From NCBI GenBank assembly GCA_964016885.1, contig OZ024744.1, forward strand, positions 24,552,001-24,616,000: DNA of 64,000 bases, given 5' to 3'. This DNA comes from Eledone cirrhosa (Eukaryota). The notes under the pieces are model-generated. The model was given only the letters and a program-made list of their open reading frames with translations. It ran no database searches and was not told the origin of the DNA. The position numbers were made by a program, and so were the translations under genes. Positions 42,296-55,886 of this stretch are shown piece by piece (position 1 is the first letter of the stretch; each line of letters opens with the position of its first letter).

Positions 42296-42400
<105 letters not shown>

Positions 42401-42529
42401 CAGTGAAGCCATTTTTTCTTCCCCCTTGTCTTAATATACCTAAATGTACCAAGGATTACACACATTTTCCAATATATATATACATATACAGATATATACA
42501 TATCTATACACATACATACACACACACAC

Positions 42530-44625
42530 AATAACAATTAACGGTGCAGCGATCGAATGTGGCTTTTTAGTCCAGCCAATGATCTAACATGCCAGAGTTT
42601 GCAACCAAAACATTCATTGGGAATAGCCGGCTGTGGTTGGATTTCATGTACTTTTGCATGTCATTTGAGCCCTCCTGCTGGTCTACACTCTCTTCCATGT
42701 GCTTGGCAGACATGATGAGTAGCAGCTCCAACAGTAGTCTGGTAGTCAACCAGTGGTCTCACTTTATGACTGCGAAGATAACTTTCGAGTCCAGCTTTGC
42801 TTAGGCAGAATCTCACACAGACGCTGCATGTCAGCGCCATGGGAAGACCTTCACTGTCTGGAAATGCAATATCGATTTACTTCCTCACACCCCGCTTTAC
42901 TTTCTCGTATGCGATTCGAGATGCCCCAAAAGCAACTTTCCTCTCATATACAGTCTTTCTCCATTTATTACGATCAGCAGCAACATTTTCCCATGTATCA
43001 GCAGAGATGTTAGCGTCTTTCAAAGAGGCTTTCAACGAATCCTTATACCTCTTTTTGGGTTCATGTGGCGGTCGTTTTCCTTTAACCAACTCTCTATAAA
43101 AGAGTTGTTTTGGTATTCTAGAATCCTTCATCCTGGCAAGGTGACCACTCCAACGGAATCGTTGCTTAAGCACAAGAGCTTCTATACTGTCACACAGAGA
43201 GCTTTCCAAAATCTCGACATCACTGATGTGGTCCCTCCAGTGAACGCCATGGATCCGCCTGAGACACATTTGATGGAAATGCTCCAATAGTTTGAGGTGG
43301 TGTCGATATGTGACCCAGGTCTCACAAGCATAAAGAAGAGAAGAGAACACACATGCCTTGTACATCTTTAGCTTTGTCTTCTTGCATATGTCTCTCCGAC
43401 TCCAAAGGGACCTTTCTATCTTTCCGAAAGCATCACTTGCTTTCCTAATCCTGAGTGGAATTTCATTATTAAGATTGCTGTATCGATTGACAGTGCTTCC
43501 CAGATAGACAAACTTATCAACCATTCCATGTCGTTTACCATTCATATAGATATTTGGTTCACTGTACTGCTTACCGGGGGAAGGTTGGTACATGACGACG
43601 GTTTTCTTGAGACTGACAGTCAATCCTAGGGCAGTGCAAGCATCAGAAAATGCATTCAAAATGTGCTGCATATCACTCTCTGTGTGCGCTAGAAGATCGC
43701 AATGATCTGTATACAAGAGGTCTCTTCTGATTGATGTAAATACTTTTGTTTTTGCAGCAAAGTGGCTGATGTTAAATATGCTGCCTAAGGTTCGATATTG
43801 GATGTAAACACCATGCTCGCAATTCCTGAATGCAATATGAAAGCCATTGCAAAGTATATGACAAACAGGGTCGGTGCTGGAATATCCCCCTGGTTCGCTC
43901 TATTTTTTTACTGAGATAGACTCTAATCTGTTACCTCTGACATTAACCCAAGCCTTCATGTCGTTATGGAAAGACCTAACCAAAGCACGGAACTTATCAG
44001 GGCAACCAAGTTTCTGGAGAACCTTCCATAATGCATTTCTGTTAACAATATCAAAAGCCTTTGTCAGATCGACAAAAACCTGATACAAATCCAAACCTTG
44101 TTCCATGCACTTCTCCTGGAGCTGTCTAGCTGAGAAGATCATATCAGTAGTGCCGCGTCCAGCACGAAAACCAGATTGACTTTCAGGAAGAACACAATCT
44201 GCAATGTGTGTCAGCAGACGGTCCAGAAACACCCTACATAAAATATTTCCTACGACAGAAAGTAATGATATACCTCTGTAGTTTCCACAATCATTCTTGT
44301 TACCCTTTTCCCTTGTACAAGACCACCATTACTGCATCTCTCCAGTCCTCAGGTAAGGATTGACTACCCCATATCCTGCCAAACAAAGAGTGAAGATGTT
44401 GTAGAAGTCTCTCACGACTATAATGTAAGAGCTCTGCATGTATGCCATCCACTGTTCAGCTAGAGACCTTCCACTGTTCAGCTTCGAGATAGCTACTGCA
44501 ACCTCCACGGGCATCGGAGCAGGTTCTGCGAGAGCTACTTTCACAGGTTTTTTCAGGAATAAGATTGAGGAAATCTTCATTGACGACAGACGACTATATA
44601 ATGGAGCCATAAAGATGGTGAGAAC
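42530..44625 (-). pseudogene. RTE/BovB-type LINE (same family as 11262-12515), RT through C2H2 tail
   Basis: LPESQSGFRAGRGTTDMIFSARQLQEKC, FVDLTKAFD, FVYLGS, LLYACETW, RWSGHLARM. 3' part closely matches 11262-12500. Confidence 0.92.
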
Positions 44626-44629
44626 CAGG

Positions 44630-45440
44630 TAGATATATCTCAGAAGTGTATGGTCACCACAACTCTCAACGTACTACAAGCACATCGTCCATGTAACATT
44701 TGTATGTCCATTCTAACATTTCGCCGACTGAACTATCATTACTAGAACTAAACCAGAAGGATATAAGGACTCACAAGCTGTTCAGTATTACTAAAAATAT
44801 CAATGGTGATACGGGTATGTTATATTTTTAAGGATATAAGGACTCACAAGCTGTTCAGTATTACTAGAAATATCAATGGTGATACGGGTATGTTATATTT
44901 CTAAGGATATAAGGACTCACAAGCTGTTCAGTATTACTGGAAACATCAATGGTGATACGGGGATGTTATATTTCTAAGGATATAAGGACTCACAAGCTGT
45001 TCAGTATTACAGAAAATATCAATGGTGATACGGGTATGTTATATTTCTAAGGATATAAGGACTCACAAGCTGTTCAGTATTACTGGAAACATCAATGGTG
45101 ATGCGGGTATGTTATATTTCTAATGATATAAGGACTCACAAGCTGTTCAGTATTACTGGAAACTTTAACATCAATGGTGATACGGGTATGTTATATTTCT
45201 AAGGATATAAGGACTCACAAGCTATTCAGTATTACTGGAAACATCAATGGTGATACGGGTATGTTATATTTCTAGCGTAAAGAGGGTGACCAGGGTTTAA
45301 AATATATATCAACTTCATACGAGACCCGGATAATAACTCTGAAACCACATCTCCAACAGAAGAAAAAGGTCAGCAGCCATCTTGCCCAGGTTTATGAGCA
45401 TGAAGGAAATAATATTAGGATAGCCATTGATCTAGAAGAG
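44630..45440 (+). pseudogene. Diverged R4/Dong family-A-like RT fragment hosting a minisatellite
   Basis: 44730-45440 aligns by eye to 15790-16065 (aactttaacatcaatggtgat, gagacccggata, catcttgcccaggtttatga). Confidence 0.75.
44757..45273 (+). repeat. 73-bp minisatellite, 7 units (sixth unit 79 bp)
   Basis: Units start at 44757, 44830, 44903, 44976, 45049, 45122 and 45201. Confidence 0.93.
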
Positions 45441-46497
45441 ATGAATTGGTTTTGTAATATTAGGGCTAGAAATAAAACCTCATCTTCAGAAAGTCATATT
45501 GTGATATCGACGACGGTGATATCAATATAATAGTGAATGCAGGGAAACCCAGCTTTTCATCGGTGATGTTCTATTTTTGACAGGTACTGACAATTCTTCT
45601 AATATCCGACGTGTTGATTTACTGGAACTGAGATCTGGGATCTAATCGGATTATTGATCCTTCAAACCTGTGTATGTGTACATATATAAGTAATATTCAA
45701 TATATCCTTGTTTAATATTGTGTATGTGTGTATATGTGTGACATCAGAACGAGTATCCTCCACCACCAACTAACTTACCCTCCGCCTCTAGTTCCTGGTC
45801 GATACATTGCCCCGGAGAACGGCGAGGGAGACGTACTGGAACATCCACTTCACCTCGTAGAAATCACACCTGAGCAGCCAACTCTGCTCCGATAGTAATG
45901 AGTACGGATGTAGTACGGGGATCAAGAACGCTGGAAGTTTCCACTGCTACAAGTTCTACCACAAACCTATTTAAGAGCGGCTGTTACTTGGAGAGTTTGA
46001 CATCTTCGGCTTGGACTCGTGACTTCATACTCCGGGTTGCCACCAGAGAAGGTGTCACATTATGTAGCAACGCAGATGAGGGACCCTACCCCAGGGAACT
46101 GGAATATTGTCGTGCCGTCTGGCCCTTTGCTGTCGCCTAGGTCCAGTTATTAAAAAAAACGTAATATTTCAAATGTATTTATTAGAAATTGATGATTTAT
46201 TAAATTAATAAATTCCTTCCATAGATTGAAATATGATAGCCCATGTGGGAAGTAAAGTACGCAGAAAACTTTGTTGTCTATATCACTTCGTATCGATAAT
46301 TAAATAATTTAAGTAAGAACATTGTGGAGACAATGTTTCGACAGTATGTCTAACAGTTTGACATCTTCAACCTAGCTTTCTTTTGCTGCTGCTTTTATGG
46401 GATATATGTGTGTTGTAATTATTTGTCGCTCGTCTTTGTTGGCAATTCCTGTCTTCAAGTCTATTATTTTTTATCGTTGTTTTATAGACTGATGCGA

Positions 46498-46975
46498 AGA
46501 TCCGTGGCTTAGTGGTCAGGGCGTCAAATTCTCAATCGTTAGGTTGTGAGTTCGTTTCATTGATTTGATAATGTGTCCTTGAACAAGACACTTTATTTCA
46601 CGTTGCTCCACTTTACTCAGCTGTAGAAATGAGTAGTAATGTTACTGTTGCCAAGTTGTATCAGCCATTGCCTTTCCCTTGGACAACATCGTATATAGTG
46701 TATATATGGTGTATATATATATATATATAGTGTATATATATAGTGTATATATATAATGTATATATATATATAGTATATATATAGTGTATATTAATGTTGT
46801 GATGTCACTGCCACCAAGCTGTATCAGCCATTACCTTTCCCTTGGACAACATCTGTGGCGAGGAGAGGAGAGGTTGGTATGTATGGGAGACTGCTGGTCT
46901 TCCACAAACAACATTGCCCGGATTTGTGGCTCGGGGCGGTGGTGGTGGAGGACTTTATAGGTGCAAATCCCTTTA
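46498..46975 (+). mobile_element. tRNA-derived CORE-like SINE, with internal duplication and TA-rich insert
   Basis: A-box gtggcttagtggtcagg, B-box-like gagttcg, tgtgtccttgaacaagacacttta core. gccaag.tgtatcagccatt.cctttcccttggacaacatc is repeated either side of a TA-rich tract. Confidence 0.7.
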
Positions 46976-47112
46976 CCCTTTGTAGACATAGCTCTACATA
47001 CTTCTGAAGATATGCACATTTTTATGGAATATATTTATGCATTATGTGAGTCATTTGGGCTGAGCATTAATCTAGAGGAGACCATTGTAGTTTTTCAACC
47101 TGTCTCAGGAAG

Positions 47113-47170
<58 letters not shown>

Positions 47171-47389
47171 CTTACGGTAAACATTGATGCAATTCAATTC
47201 AAGCACTCTACGTACTTATTCCACATAAGAATGACGGAGTATTTATAGAGTAAGAAAATGCGAAGTAGTTTCAGATGTTAAAGTCGTTTATTGATAAGAC
47301 TGTGATACATATTTCAATGACGACAGTGGCCACCTCATTCCGCCTAACCAGTGCCATGATCTCACCAGACGGCTCTATTAAATATACAT

Positions 47390-47468
<79 letters not shown>

Positions 47469-47581
47469 TAAAGCGGCAGTAATATGTAGAGTGTAAACAT
47501 GCAATAAATTTCATTTATGGCGCAAACTTGACTTCATTCCTGTTTACTGCATGTGTGTGTGAGAGAGAGAGAGAGAGAAAT

Positions 47582-47666
<85 letters not shown>

Positions 47667-48910
47667 CGAAATAAAAGTATTCGTTTTCGCGTATATTGGA
47701 TAATATACGTAACAAAAAATGTAAGAAGCTTACCGGCTAACTGTCCTCAACATGGCCGGTAACATAAGGAATTTGTTGATACGTGATGTACCCTCTAGTA
47801 TGGTACATAGGTTCCAAGACGTATTCCACGGAATAATTTAATATGAACAGTGTGTTAGGAGAACGAGGTAAGATTTGTTGAAATTCGAAGAAACTTGTAT
47901 TACACAATAGGGTCTCTAGCACGTGTTTCAATGCAATTATGCAATTGCCTACGAAAGCTGAATTATTACATAATTTATATTCCACTATCCAGCAAAGTGT
48001 ATTTTAAATTAACATTTCATCAGAGAGGTTCGGAGGAAAACGGACATTCTGTGTACGATGTCACGCGTATGTAGTAAATCCAGCATGCAGATAGGTACAT
48101 CCTCAAAGTACTTAATTTAGCAGATAATAAGCATGAGCAGTTAAATTTAAATAAGTAAATATGCAAATACCCATGCATGTGCACATTTCTGGTGTACAAA
48201 TTAAAGCGGAAGTAAACAAAAATTATGAAAACATCGATATTAGCGGAAGGAGCATGACCGGAAATAGTTGACAAGTTTGTTTTCCAAGACAGCATATTTA
48301 GTCATTCTTGTTCCTTAGATAATGAAATAGTTCTAAGAATTCTGAAAGGAGCAGGTTCTTACTGGGCTGTTGAGTATTGTATCAAGTCGCAGCAGGTCAT
48401 CATGTGATTAACCAAAATGTATGTGTATTTTTGAATTCTCTTCTACACTTAAGTCAGATTTAGGTCCTTCATCTTATAGGTGTTCTTAAGTGTTTCATCA
48501 GACGTGTTTAAGACATATCCTGAATATCAGCTAGTTCTTGCAGGTTCCAGACACAGAACGTGAGGGAAGCTAGCGCCTTAAAGTTTTAAGACAAGGGTAC
48601 ATAAACAATCATTTCTATTTCTCTACTATAAATAGGCTACCACGCACCGTTTCTATCTCTTTCTTTCTTCCTTTTCCTGTCCAAACACCTTACTTTGGAG
48701 GATCTTTTCTTTTATTTTTTCTTTCCTAATTTACCGGAAGCACAACTCATCCAGTGTCTATCTGTTTTGTTACGTCCCAATGTGCACTGGAATGAAAGTA
48801 TCAACCCTGGTCAACTGAAACTTTACTGATTTCCAGAGGTTGACTGATGAAAAGGGACTATCCGTTGTTCCGTTGTCTTTGTCCTGTGCGCCTCCTATTA
48901 GTTACACACC

Positions 48911-49023
<113 letters not shown>

Positions 49024-49162
49024 AAGTATTTATCCACCAACTGTCAGACAGCTAAATTTATAAGCATGTACGTGATTGCTTGTGCGTATATATAGATATA
49101 TACCTGTGTGCGTTCGTGTGTGCGTGTGTTTTAGAGTACGTGTGTATGTTGGTGAGGGAAGT

Positions 49163-49193
<31 letters not shown>

Positions 49194-49339
49194 GGAGAAA
49201 GAGAGAGTGGTGGGGGAGATTTATTGAATAAAAGAGATCTTGAGAGTGTTTGAGTAAACTGACTGTAACGGCAGAGGTCAAAGTTGACAATGTGAGACAG
49301 GCAAAGGGTGATAGAAGGAGAGAAGTCGGTAGAAGAAAG

Positions 49340-50190
49340 AGTATGTAAAGTAAGGTGGGGGTGGCAAGTGAGGGGGGAAGAGAGAGAGAGAGGGTGTATG
49401 TAAAGTAGGGTGGGGTGGTAAGTAATGAAGTGGGGGAAGGAGGGGGGGCATGTAAAGAAAGAGGTGGTGGTAGGTGGGGGAGCGAGGGTGTGTGTTAAGT
49501 AAGGTGGGGGTGGTAAGTGAGGGGGGGTGTATGTTAAGTAAGGTGGGGTGGAAAGTGAGGGGAGAGCGAGGGTGTATGTTAGGTAAGGTGGGTGGTAAGT
49601 GAGGAGGGAGCGGCAGAAAGGCGAGTGTTGCGTAAGAAAGACATAGAAACAGAAATAGATATTTTAATAAGGGTGGTGAACATACAGGTGGTTGGTAATT
49701 TTAGCTTTGAGAAACGGGTATACAATACATGCAGATGGCTGGTTTATATAGTACGTTGGTGGTGGGTAGGTGTTGGTTGTAGTGTGGTAGGATAGTGAGG
49801 GATGGTCGGGGCGGGATGGTGGTAGTGGTGCGGTGGTGGTGTGGGGGGTGGTAGTGGTGCGGCGCTTGGGGGGGTAGTGGTGCGGTTGTGGGGGGTGTAA
49901 TGCTGGTAGTGGTGCAGTGGTGGTGGGGGGGGGGGGGGGGGGTTGTGGTGGGATGGTGGTAATGGTGCGGTGTGAGGGGTGGGGGGTGTTGGTTAGAATG
50001 GTAGTAGAATGGTGGGCTGGTTGTGGTGGTGGTAGCGGGGTGGTTGTAATGATGGTGGTGTGTGTTGGTGGGGTGGTAGTGGTGGTCGCAGTGGAGTTTA
50101 TAAAACTGTTGTGTGATACAGGTGATAGTCTTAGTAGCAGTGTAGTTGTGGTGTTAGTAGTAGTGGCAGTTGTGCTGCTTGCAGTAATGT
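49340..50190. repeat. G-rich degenerate tandem repeat (gtatgt(a/t)aagtaaggtgggggtggtaagtgaggggg) grading into GT-rich low complexity
   Basis: Seen directly. Confidence 0.8.
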
Positions 50191-50363
50191 TGTTCTAGTT
50201 AGCAGACCCAAGGCGCTCCAACCATGCCAATTCCTTATGTATTAAACATCTTAGTGTATCTAAAACTATATTATTCAACGTAAGAAATGGCAGAGTCCGA
50301 CTTGAGTGAGAATTGGTGTTGATGTCGGGCTAAGAATTTCGTTTTTCAACCACAAAGTACCAC

Positions 50364-50440
50364 GTTCGATCATACAACGTTCGATCATAGGGCATTCGAT
50401 CATACAGCGTTCGATCATACAGCATTCAGTCATACAGCGT
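50364..50440 (+). repeat. 15-bp tandem repeat (gttcgatcatacagc), about 5 units
   Basis: Seen directly. Confidence 0.8.
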
Positions 50441-50539
50441 AGTCAAGTATAATCTAGCACATCTTCGTGATTGTAAATACCATCTAAGCACAATATGGTA
50501 AACGGCAATCACAGGGAACCTTTTCCAAATTTCAGATCC

Positions 50540-50805
50540 TACCTTTCATCACTCAAGGGTCGATAAAATAATGTACCAGACAAATAACGAGGGATCGAAT
50601 TTAATTGAATTCCCTTTTCTAACCTGCTGACCTCCTGCCTAAATTAGAAATCATTACTTTTATCATTTGCATCCCATCGCGATCAACTTTGTCTTTCATC
50701 CTTCCCAGTTCGATAAATAAACAAAGTACCAGTTACGTACTGGGATTCATATAATCGACGTTTTCCTCGCATCAAGTAAGTGACCTTGTGGCTAAATTAG
50801 GAAAC
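50540..50805 (+). mobile_element. Two decayed SINE 3' halves
   Basis: cctttcatc..gggtcgataaaataatgtaccag and ctttcatcc..tcgataaataa..gtaccag..tactggg..gtggctaaattag. Confidence 0.6.
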
Positions 50806-51204
50806 TCTCATATACTTCCGATTCTTCTCGATTTAATTTCCTGTGACTTCTACCAGAAACAACCCCTGTTAGAGCCACTTATTTGCAATGTAATGCCCCG
50901 AAACTATTTTCCCCGTGTGTATGTAGCTATTTCTGTAAAACCAACCTTCCAGTTTCCTACTTATATAATCCATATCAGTTACCTAGTTTCTTAATATGGA
51001 AATAAGTTAAATGTGTTTTTTTTTAAAGTCTTTTACTGCTTTCAGTTATTAGACAGGGACAATGCTGGGGCACGGCAATCATTCAGTTGACTATATTGGC
51101 CCCCTTCCCTGCTGAGTACTTAATATTTCAAGTCTAATGGCTGGTTATTTGATTGATCGATTTATATGGGGTGTGTCTGTGTTTATGATTCGTTACTTAC
51201 CGGT

Positions 51205-51240
<36 letters not shown>

Positions 51241-51438
51241 TATTATATATAACAAAGGAATTGTTGTAAGGAACCATATGGACCATAATACACCAGAGTA
51301 CTCAATACTTAGGGTAGTAGAGTGTGAAATAGGAAAAAGTATGACCCCGACGGCAGAGCTCAAGCCGTTTCGACGGCTATTTCGTCCAGAAATAGCCGTC
51401 GAAACGGCTTGAGCTCTGCCGTCGGGGTCATACTTTTT

Positions 51439-51530
<92 letters not shown>

Positions 51531-51531
<1 letters not shown>

Positions 51532-52699
51532 TAGCAGTTTAGCCCGGCGTTGCTCGGGTCTGTTCATTTGCTTTGAAAAGTAACATACAGATAAACGTGG
51601 CTTGAAAGCGAATAAGCTTATCAATTAAGTGCATAAAGCAGTTGAACCGGTTATTAAAAGTTACGAACCAATTATCATTTTGGACAATCAATGATGGGTT
51701 AATAATTTCCCAATAGCGAATTTAGCAGACCAAAGTTGCAAGATGCTGGCCCTGATGCCGCTGGGTGTCAGATCTGTCCGCCATGGGTGACCCTACCAGG
51801 AAATAGTTTTCCAGACGGTGTAGCTCCTCTTTGCAGACGATATTGCGTGTCATCCCTTGAGGAGTGTAAGCAAAATGTGCATTCCTGCTCCCTACGCGGG
51901 AATAGGCAACATAAATTTGGCCATGGGAGAAGCATGGCGTCCCTAAATGGATGCCCGCCACCGACAATGTTTGCCCTTGTGACTTGTTAATGGACATGGC
52001 AAAACATGGTCTCACCGGGATTTGGGATCGCCGGAAATCGAACGGAATATCTGACGCCGAGAGGAAAAGATTCATCCTTGGCAGTGTATTCAGCAGAATT
52101 GCCAGAAGTACAACACTATGGGTGTCGTCATATTAATATTTAACCAGTGAAAGTCGTAAAAAATAAATAATTTAAACATTCCGATTCATATGTCTATAGC
52201 ATTAATCTGTTATATGAAGTGTTATCTTGCGGGTTGTTATTTGCAATAAGCCGATTTAAAATACCCCAGAAAAGCCGTATGTCAATACGGAACTCCAATG
52301 ACTCCCCCAGCAGTTAAATTATAGAGAAGGGGAATGATATATTATAGAGAGAGGGAAGAGCGACGGAGAGAGTGTTATGACTATGTTTGTTGTTGTATAA
52401 AATGATGTGTTGCTTAGTTTTCAAAGTTTATGTCGCGTTCCTGAACGATTTTTTGTCGCTGTTGGGTAGTAGAGAGAGTGAATAAGCATGAAAAAGAGAG
52501 GGTTACAGCATATATTTAGTTTTATCGATCTTTTTCATAGAAGCAGGAAAGTTTTGGCAAAGTTTATTACGCGTTGACCATCGTTGGTAAATTTGGAGCA
52601 CATTGGGAAAAAATCATCGAAATCGGTAGAGAAATGTGGAAATGCATAAAAATCATGCACACACAGAGACAGACATCTTCCGTTTTATATGTAGAGAGA
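51531..52699 (-). mobile_element. Internally deleted Helitron retaining the PIF1-helicase C-terminus
   Basis: ORF 51722..52075 FDFRRSQIPVRPCFAMSINKSQGQTL..FSHGQIYVAYSRV. Minus-strand 5' TCtctctacatataaaa and 3' cccgagcaacgccggg hairpin plus CTAG next to (TA)n. Confidence 0.82.
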
Positions 52700-53205
52700 C
52701 TAGCAGAAAACCACCCGGTGGGCGGTTTTCTGCTAGCAAATCTAGTGTATATACTGATAGTGTTGAGATTTGGATGAGAAATGTTTTCGGCACCACATGT
52801 TCACCGTCTCTCGTTGTGTCTTTTATGCATGTATAAATATATATGTTATCTATACGGTGAAATCTTTGAAATAAATATATGTTAAAACGAAAAAGGAGAA
52901 AAAGAGATTAGTGACGGAAATATAAACGTTATGATACATAAACGTTATGATATAACGATGCAAATATATAAACGTTTACGATAAAACGATGGAAATAGAA
53001 ACGTTTATATATAATGATACGCCGAAACACTCGTAAGCCGAAACACTCGTAAGTCGAAACACTCGTAAAAGGAAACGTATAAATAAAGATTAATGTAATG
53101 AATTTGAAAAGCATAGAGATTTGAAACCGCGTCTATTTGTTTCCTTGGCATTTTTTACAGACGGACAGACAGACACACAAACAGAGAAATGCCCATATAT
53201 TTCTC

Positions 53206-53252
<47 letters not shown>

Positions 53253-53549
53253 TTTTGTTCTCCACGCTCCACATATGACTTATTATCTTCGTTTTTTCGT
53301 TCATTGCCAGAGAACGTCTATATGCACCACCTAAGAGAACATTAGTCTACGACCTCTTTTATACCATAAACGTGGTTTTGTCTTTGCGCGGAAATTGTTT
53401 TTCACCGCTCTTATTAATGACGTATTATTCGTTTTTTCCTGTTCTTTGCCAGTGAACGTTACCACGAACCAAAGTATCGTCTTCCTGTCTTCCTCCGGCT
53501 GCAACGTTTTTTGAAATATCCAGTTCTGCGTTTACATATTGACTTTGTT

Positions 53550-53600
53550 AGTTTCAGAAGATCCCGTTAAGGGTGAAAGCAGCGATTCTTTGCTTAAACT
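53550..53600 (+). ncRNA. Hammerhead-like motif with CAGAAGA core in the 5' pLTR
   Basis: agttt-CAGAAGA-tccc(gttaa)gggt-GAAA-gca(gcgattctt)tgc-TT-aaact. All three stems are predicted; the core differs from CUGANGA at position 4. Confidence 0.55.
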
Positions 53601-53754
53601 TTAATCTGTTATTTTAATAAATATTTGCTCTACGGTTCTTATATATTTGATATATATTTTCCTTATCGAGCCCTCTTTGGATTTTAGTCTTCAATTTAAA
53701 TTATTATTACTATTTGGCTCCTTCGGTTGAGCACTCTACTGACTTATATTCATC

Positions 53755-55886
53755 ATGCAGAAACAACATCTGAATATTTCTACAAAGAACATACCCGTAC
53801 CAAGCAGGAAAACATACCTAAAACTCCTGATACAGAAAACAGACGCATTCATTAAAAGGTTGCGTTGGCGTGCCTTTTATTTCGATAATCCGCGAAAAGC
53901 AGACAACAAACGGGATAAATTTGGATTTAAAACTTATAATAACCCTCCGTGGAACCCAGCATTGCTACCCTTCGAAAATGATGTCTTGGAACTCATTCGG
54001 AATATCAAATTTCGGAATAGGAACAACTCCTTCCAGCAAGACCTGAAGAATAGGATTCGTTCTATTAAGGATTCTAACGCCGTGCACGTCCATTCCGACA
54101 AAACTGGCAACCTATATCAAGTGGAGCGCAGTACTTACCATCAACTACTACATAATGCTGTAACTAAGGATTACCGTAAAACTAATCGGTGCGTCATCAA
54201 TGAAATCAACGATGCTGGGTTTAAAATCACATCTGATCTCAACATCCTGGACCGGACCGAACCTCTGGACCCTATCTCTCCCCACTTTACCCTGAAGGAT
54301 CACAAATCCAATTTTCCGAACAACCCATCTATTCGGCTTATTAACCCTACGAAGTCCGATTTAGGTAGACTTAGTAAAACGATTCTTGATAGAATTATAC
54401 CTGAAATTAGAAGTTTGGCCCCTCTCGCACTGTGGAACAATTCTTTCGCGGTGGTTGATTGGTTCAACGGCATATGTAACAAGGAACATTGCCGTTTTAT
54501 CCAATTCGACATCAACAATTACTACTCCTCCATCACTTTACCACTTCTCCTTAGAGCTATCAATTTCGCTAAAACACTCACAGTGGTTAAGGATTTTGAA
54601 GTTGATGTCATCCATAATGCCCGAAAGTCGGTGATTAATTTCGACGACTCTATTTGGATTAAAATATCCAATAGTACCCCATTCGACGTGAGTATGGGCG
54701 CCAGTGACTCTGCGGAGGTTACTGATCTTATTGGCCTTTTCCTTCTTTTCTCTATCAATGACGAATTCCCCAACGCGGGCGGTGGTTTGTACCGTGACGA
54801 TGGTCTTTTGACCATGACTAAGTGCGGACCTCGTGCTTGCGACAGGTTCAGAAAAGAACTCACAACCTTCTTTAAAGGCTTCAACCTCTCTATACAGGTT
54901 GAGGCCAATCTCTCGGTCGTTAATTACCTCGACGTTACCCTCAATTTATTGAATGGGTTGTATTACCCGTATAGAAAGCCGAATGATACGCTTAATTACA
55001 TAAGTAAGCATTCCAACCATCCTGCCAGCATAACCAAGAACCTGGTAAGAAATGTTTCGTTGAGGCTTTCCCGTCTTTCCACCAACGAGCGCATTTTCAA
55101 CGACCATTCCACTTATTACAATGAAGCCCTTGCTCGAAGTGGATTTGTCGATAAGGTAGCATATACAGAGTATGAACATAGACCTAGAAGAAATAGATCC
55201 CGTCGCATTTGTTGGTTTAACCCACCATATAATATGGAGGTGGCCACACCATTAGCTAAGATCTTTCTTTCCCTTATTACGAAGCATTTTCCCCCTACAC
55301 ATAAATATAGTAAAAAAAATTTAATAGAAATACTATTAAAATTTCTTACTCTACGACTCCTAACCTTGCACATAACATCACAGCTTCAAATTTAGCTAAA
55401 CTACCTAGCCGTAGGAACACGTGCAACCCTGTAGTTAGTACTAACTGTAATTGTAGGAATCGGGCTGATTGCCCCCTATCCGGGAAATGCCTCTCTAGTA
55501 ACATTGTCTACAAATGTAAGGTTGTAACACCCACGTCCCGTAGGGCCTACATAGGGTTAACCGCCAATAGTTTCAAGCAGCGTCTTTACATGCATACCCA
55601 TTCTTTTCGTTACCCTCTAAGAAGGAATATGACGTCACTTTCAGCTTATATCTGGAGTCTAAAAGACAACCACACCCAATATAAGTTACACTGGGAGATC
55701 CTAGCTAGGGCTAGATCGTATAACGGAAATAAAAGACCATGTGACCTCTGCGCCGCTGAGGCCCTGGAAATACTCTACGCCACAGACCACATCTTAAACA
55801 AAAAATCTGAGGCAATTTCGGCTTGTAAACAGAAATTGCACAAAACTTTCCTGTATTACAGACCCACGTTATACCCTAACGGATAG
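53755..55886 (+). CDS. Naiad RT plus GIY-YIG polyprotein, single frameshift in an A8 run at ~55312-55319
   Basis: 546-aa ORF (KRLRWRAF, SDKTGNLY, LKDHK, QFDINNYYSSI, MGASDSAE, LYRDDGL, VNYLDVTL, WFNPPY). After the frameshift the other frame reads FNRNTIKISYS..CNCRNRADCPLSGKC..NIVYKC..AYIGLTANSFKQRLYMH into ORF 55590..55886 (CDLCAAE, LNKKSE). Confidence 0.85.

Noticed and set aside
44757-45273. CRISPR-like regular array
   Set aside because: There are no unique spacers, the whole unit repeats, it derives from a LINE ORF, and the context is eukaryotic with no cas genes.
45600-46140. Possible LTR/gag remnant (GC-richer segment, 80-aa ORF)
   Set aside because: No recognisable motif, paired LTR or clear primer-binding site.
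53755-55886. Selenoprotein-type Naiad
   Set aside because: No in-frame TGA was seen in the reconstructed frame.
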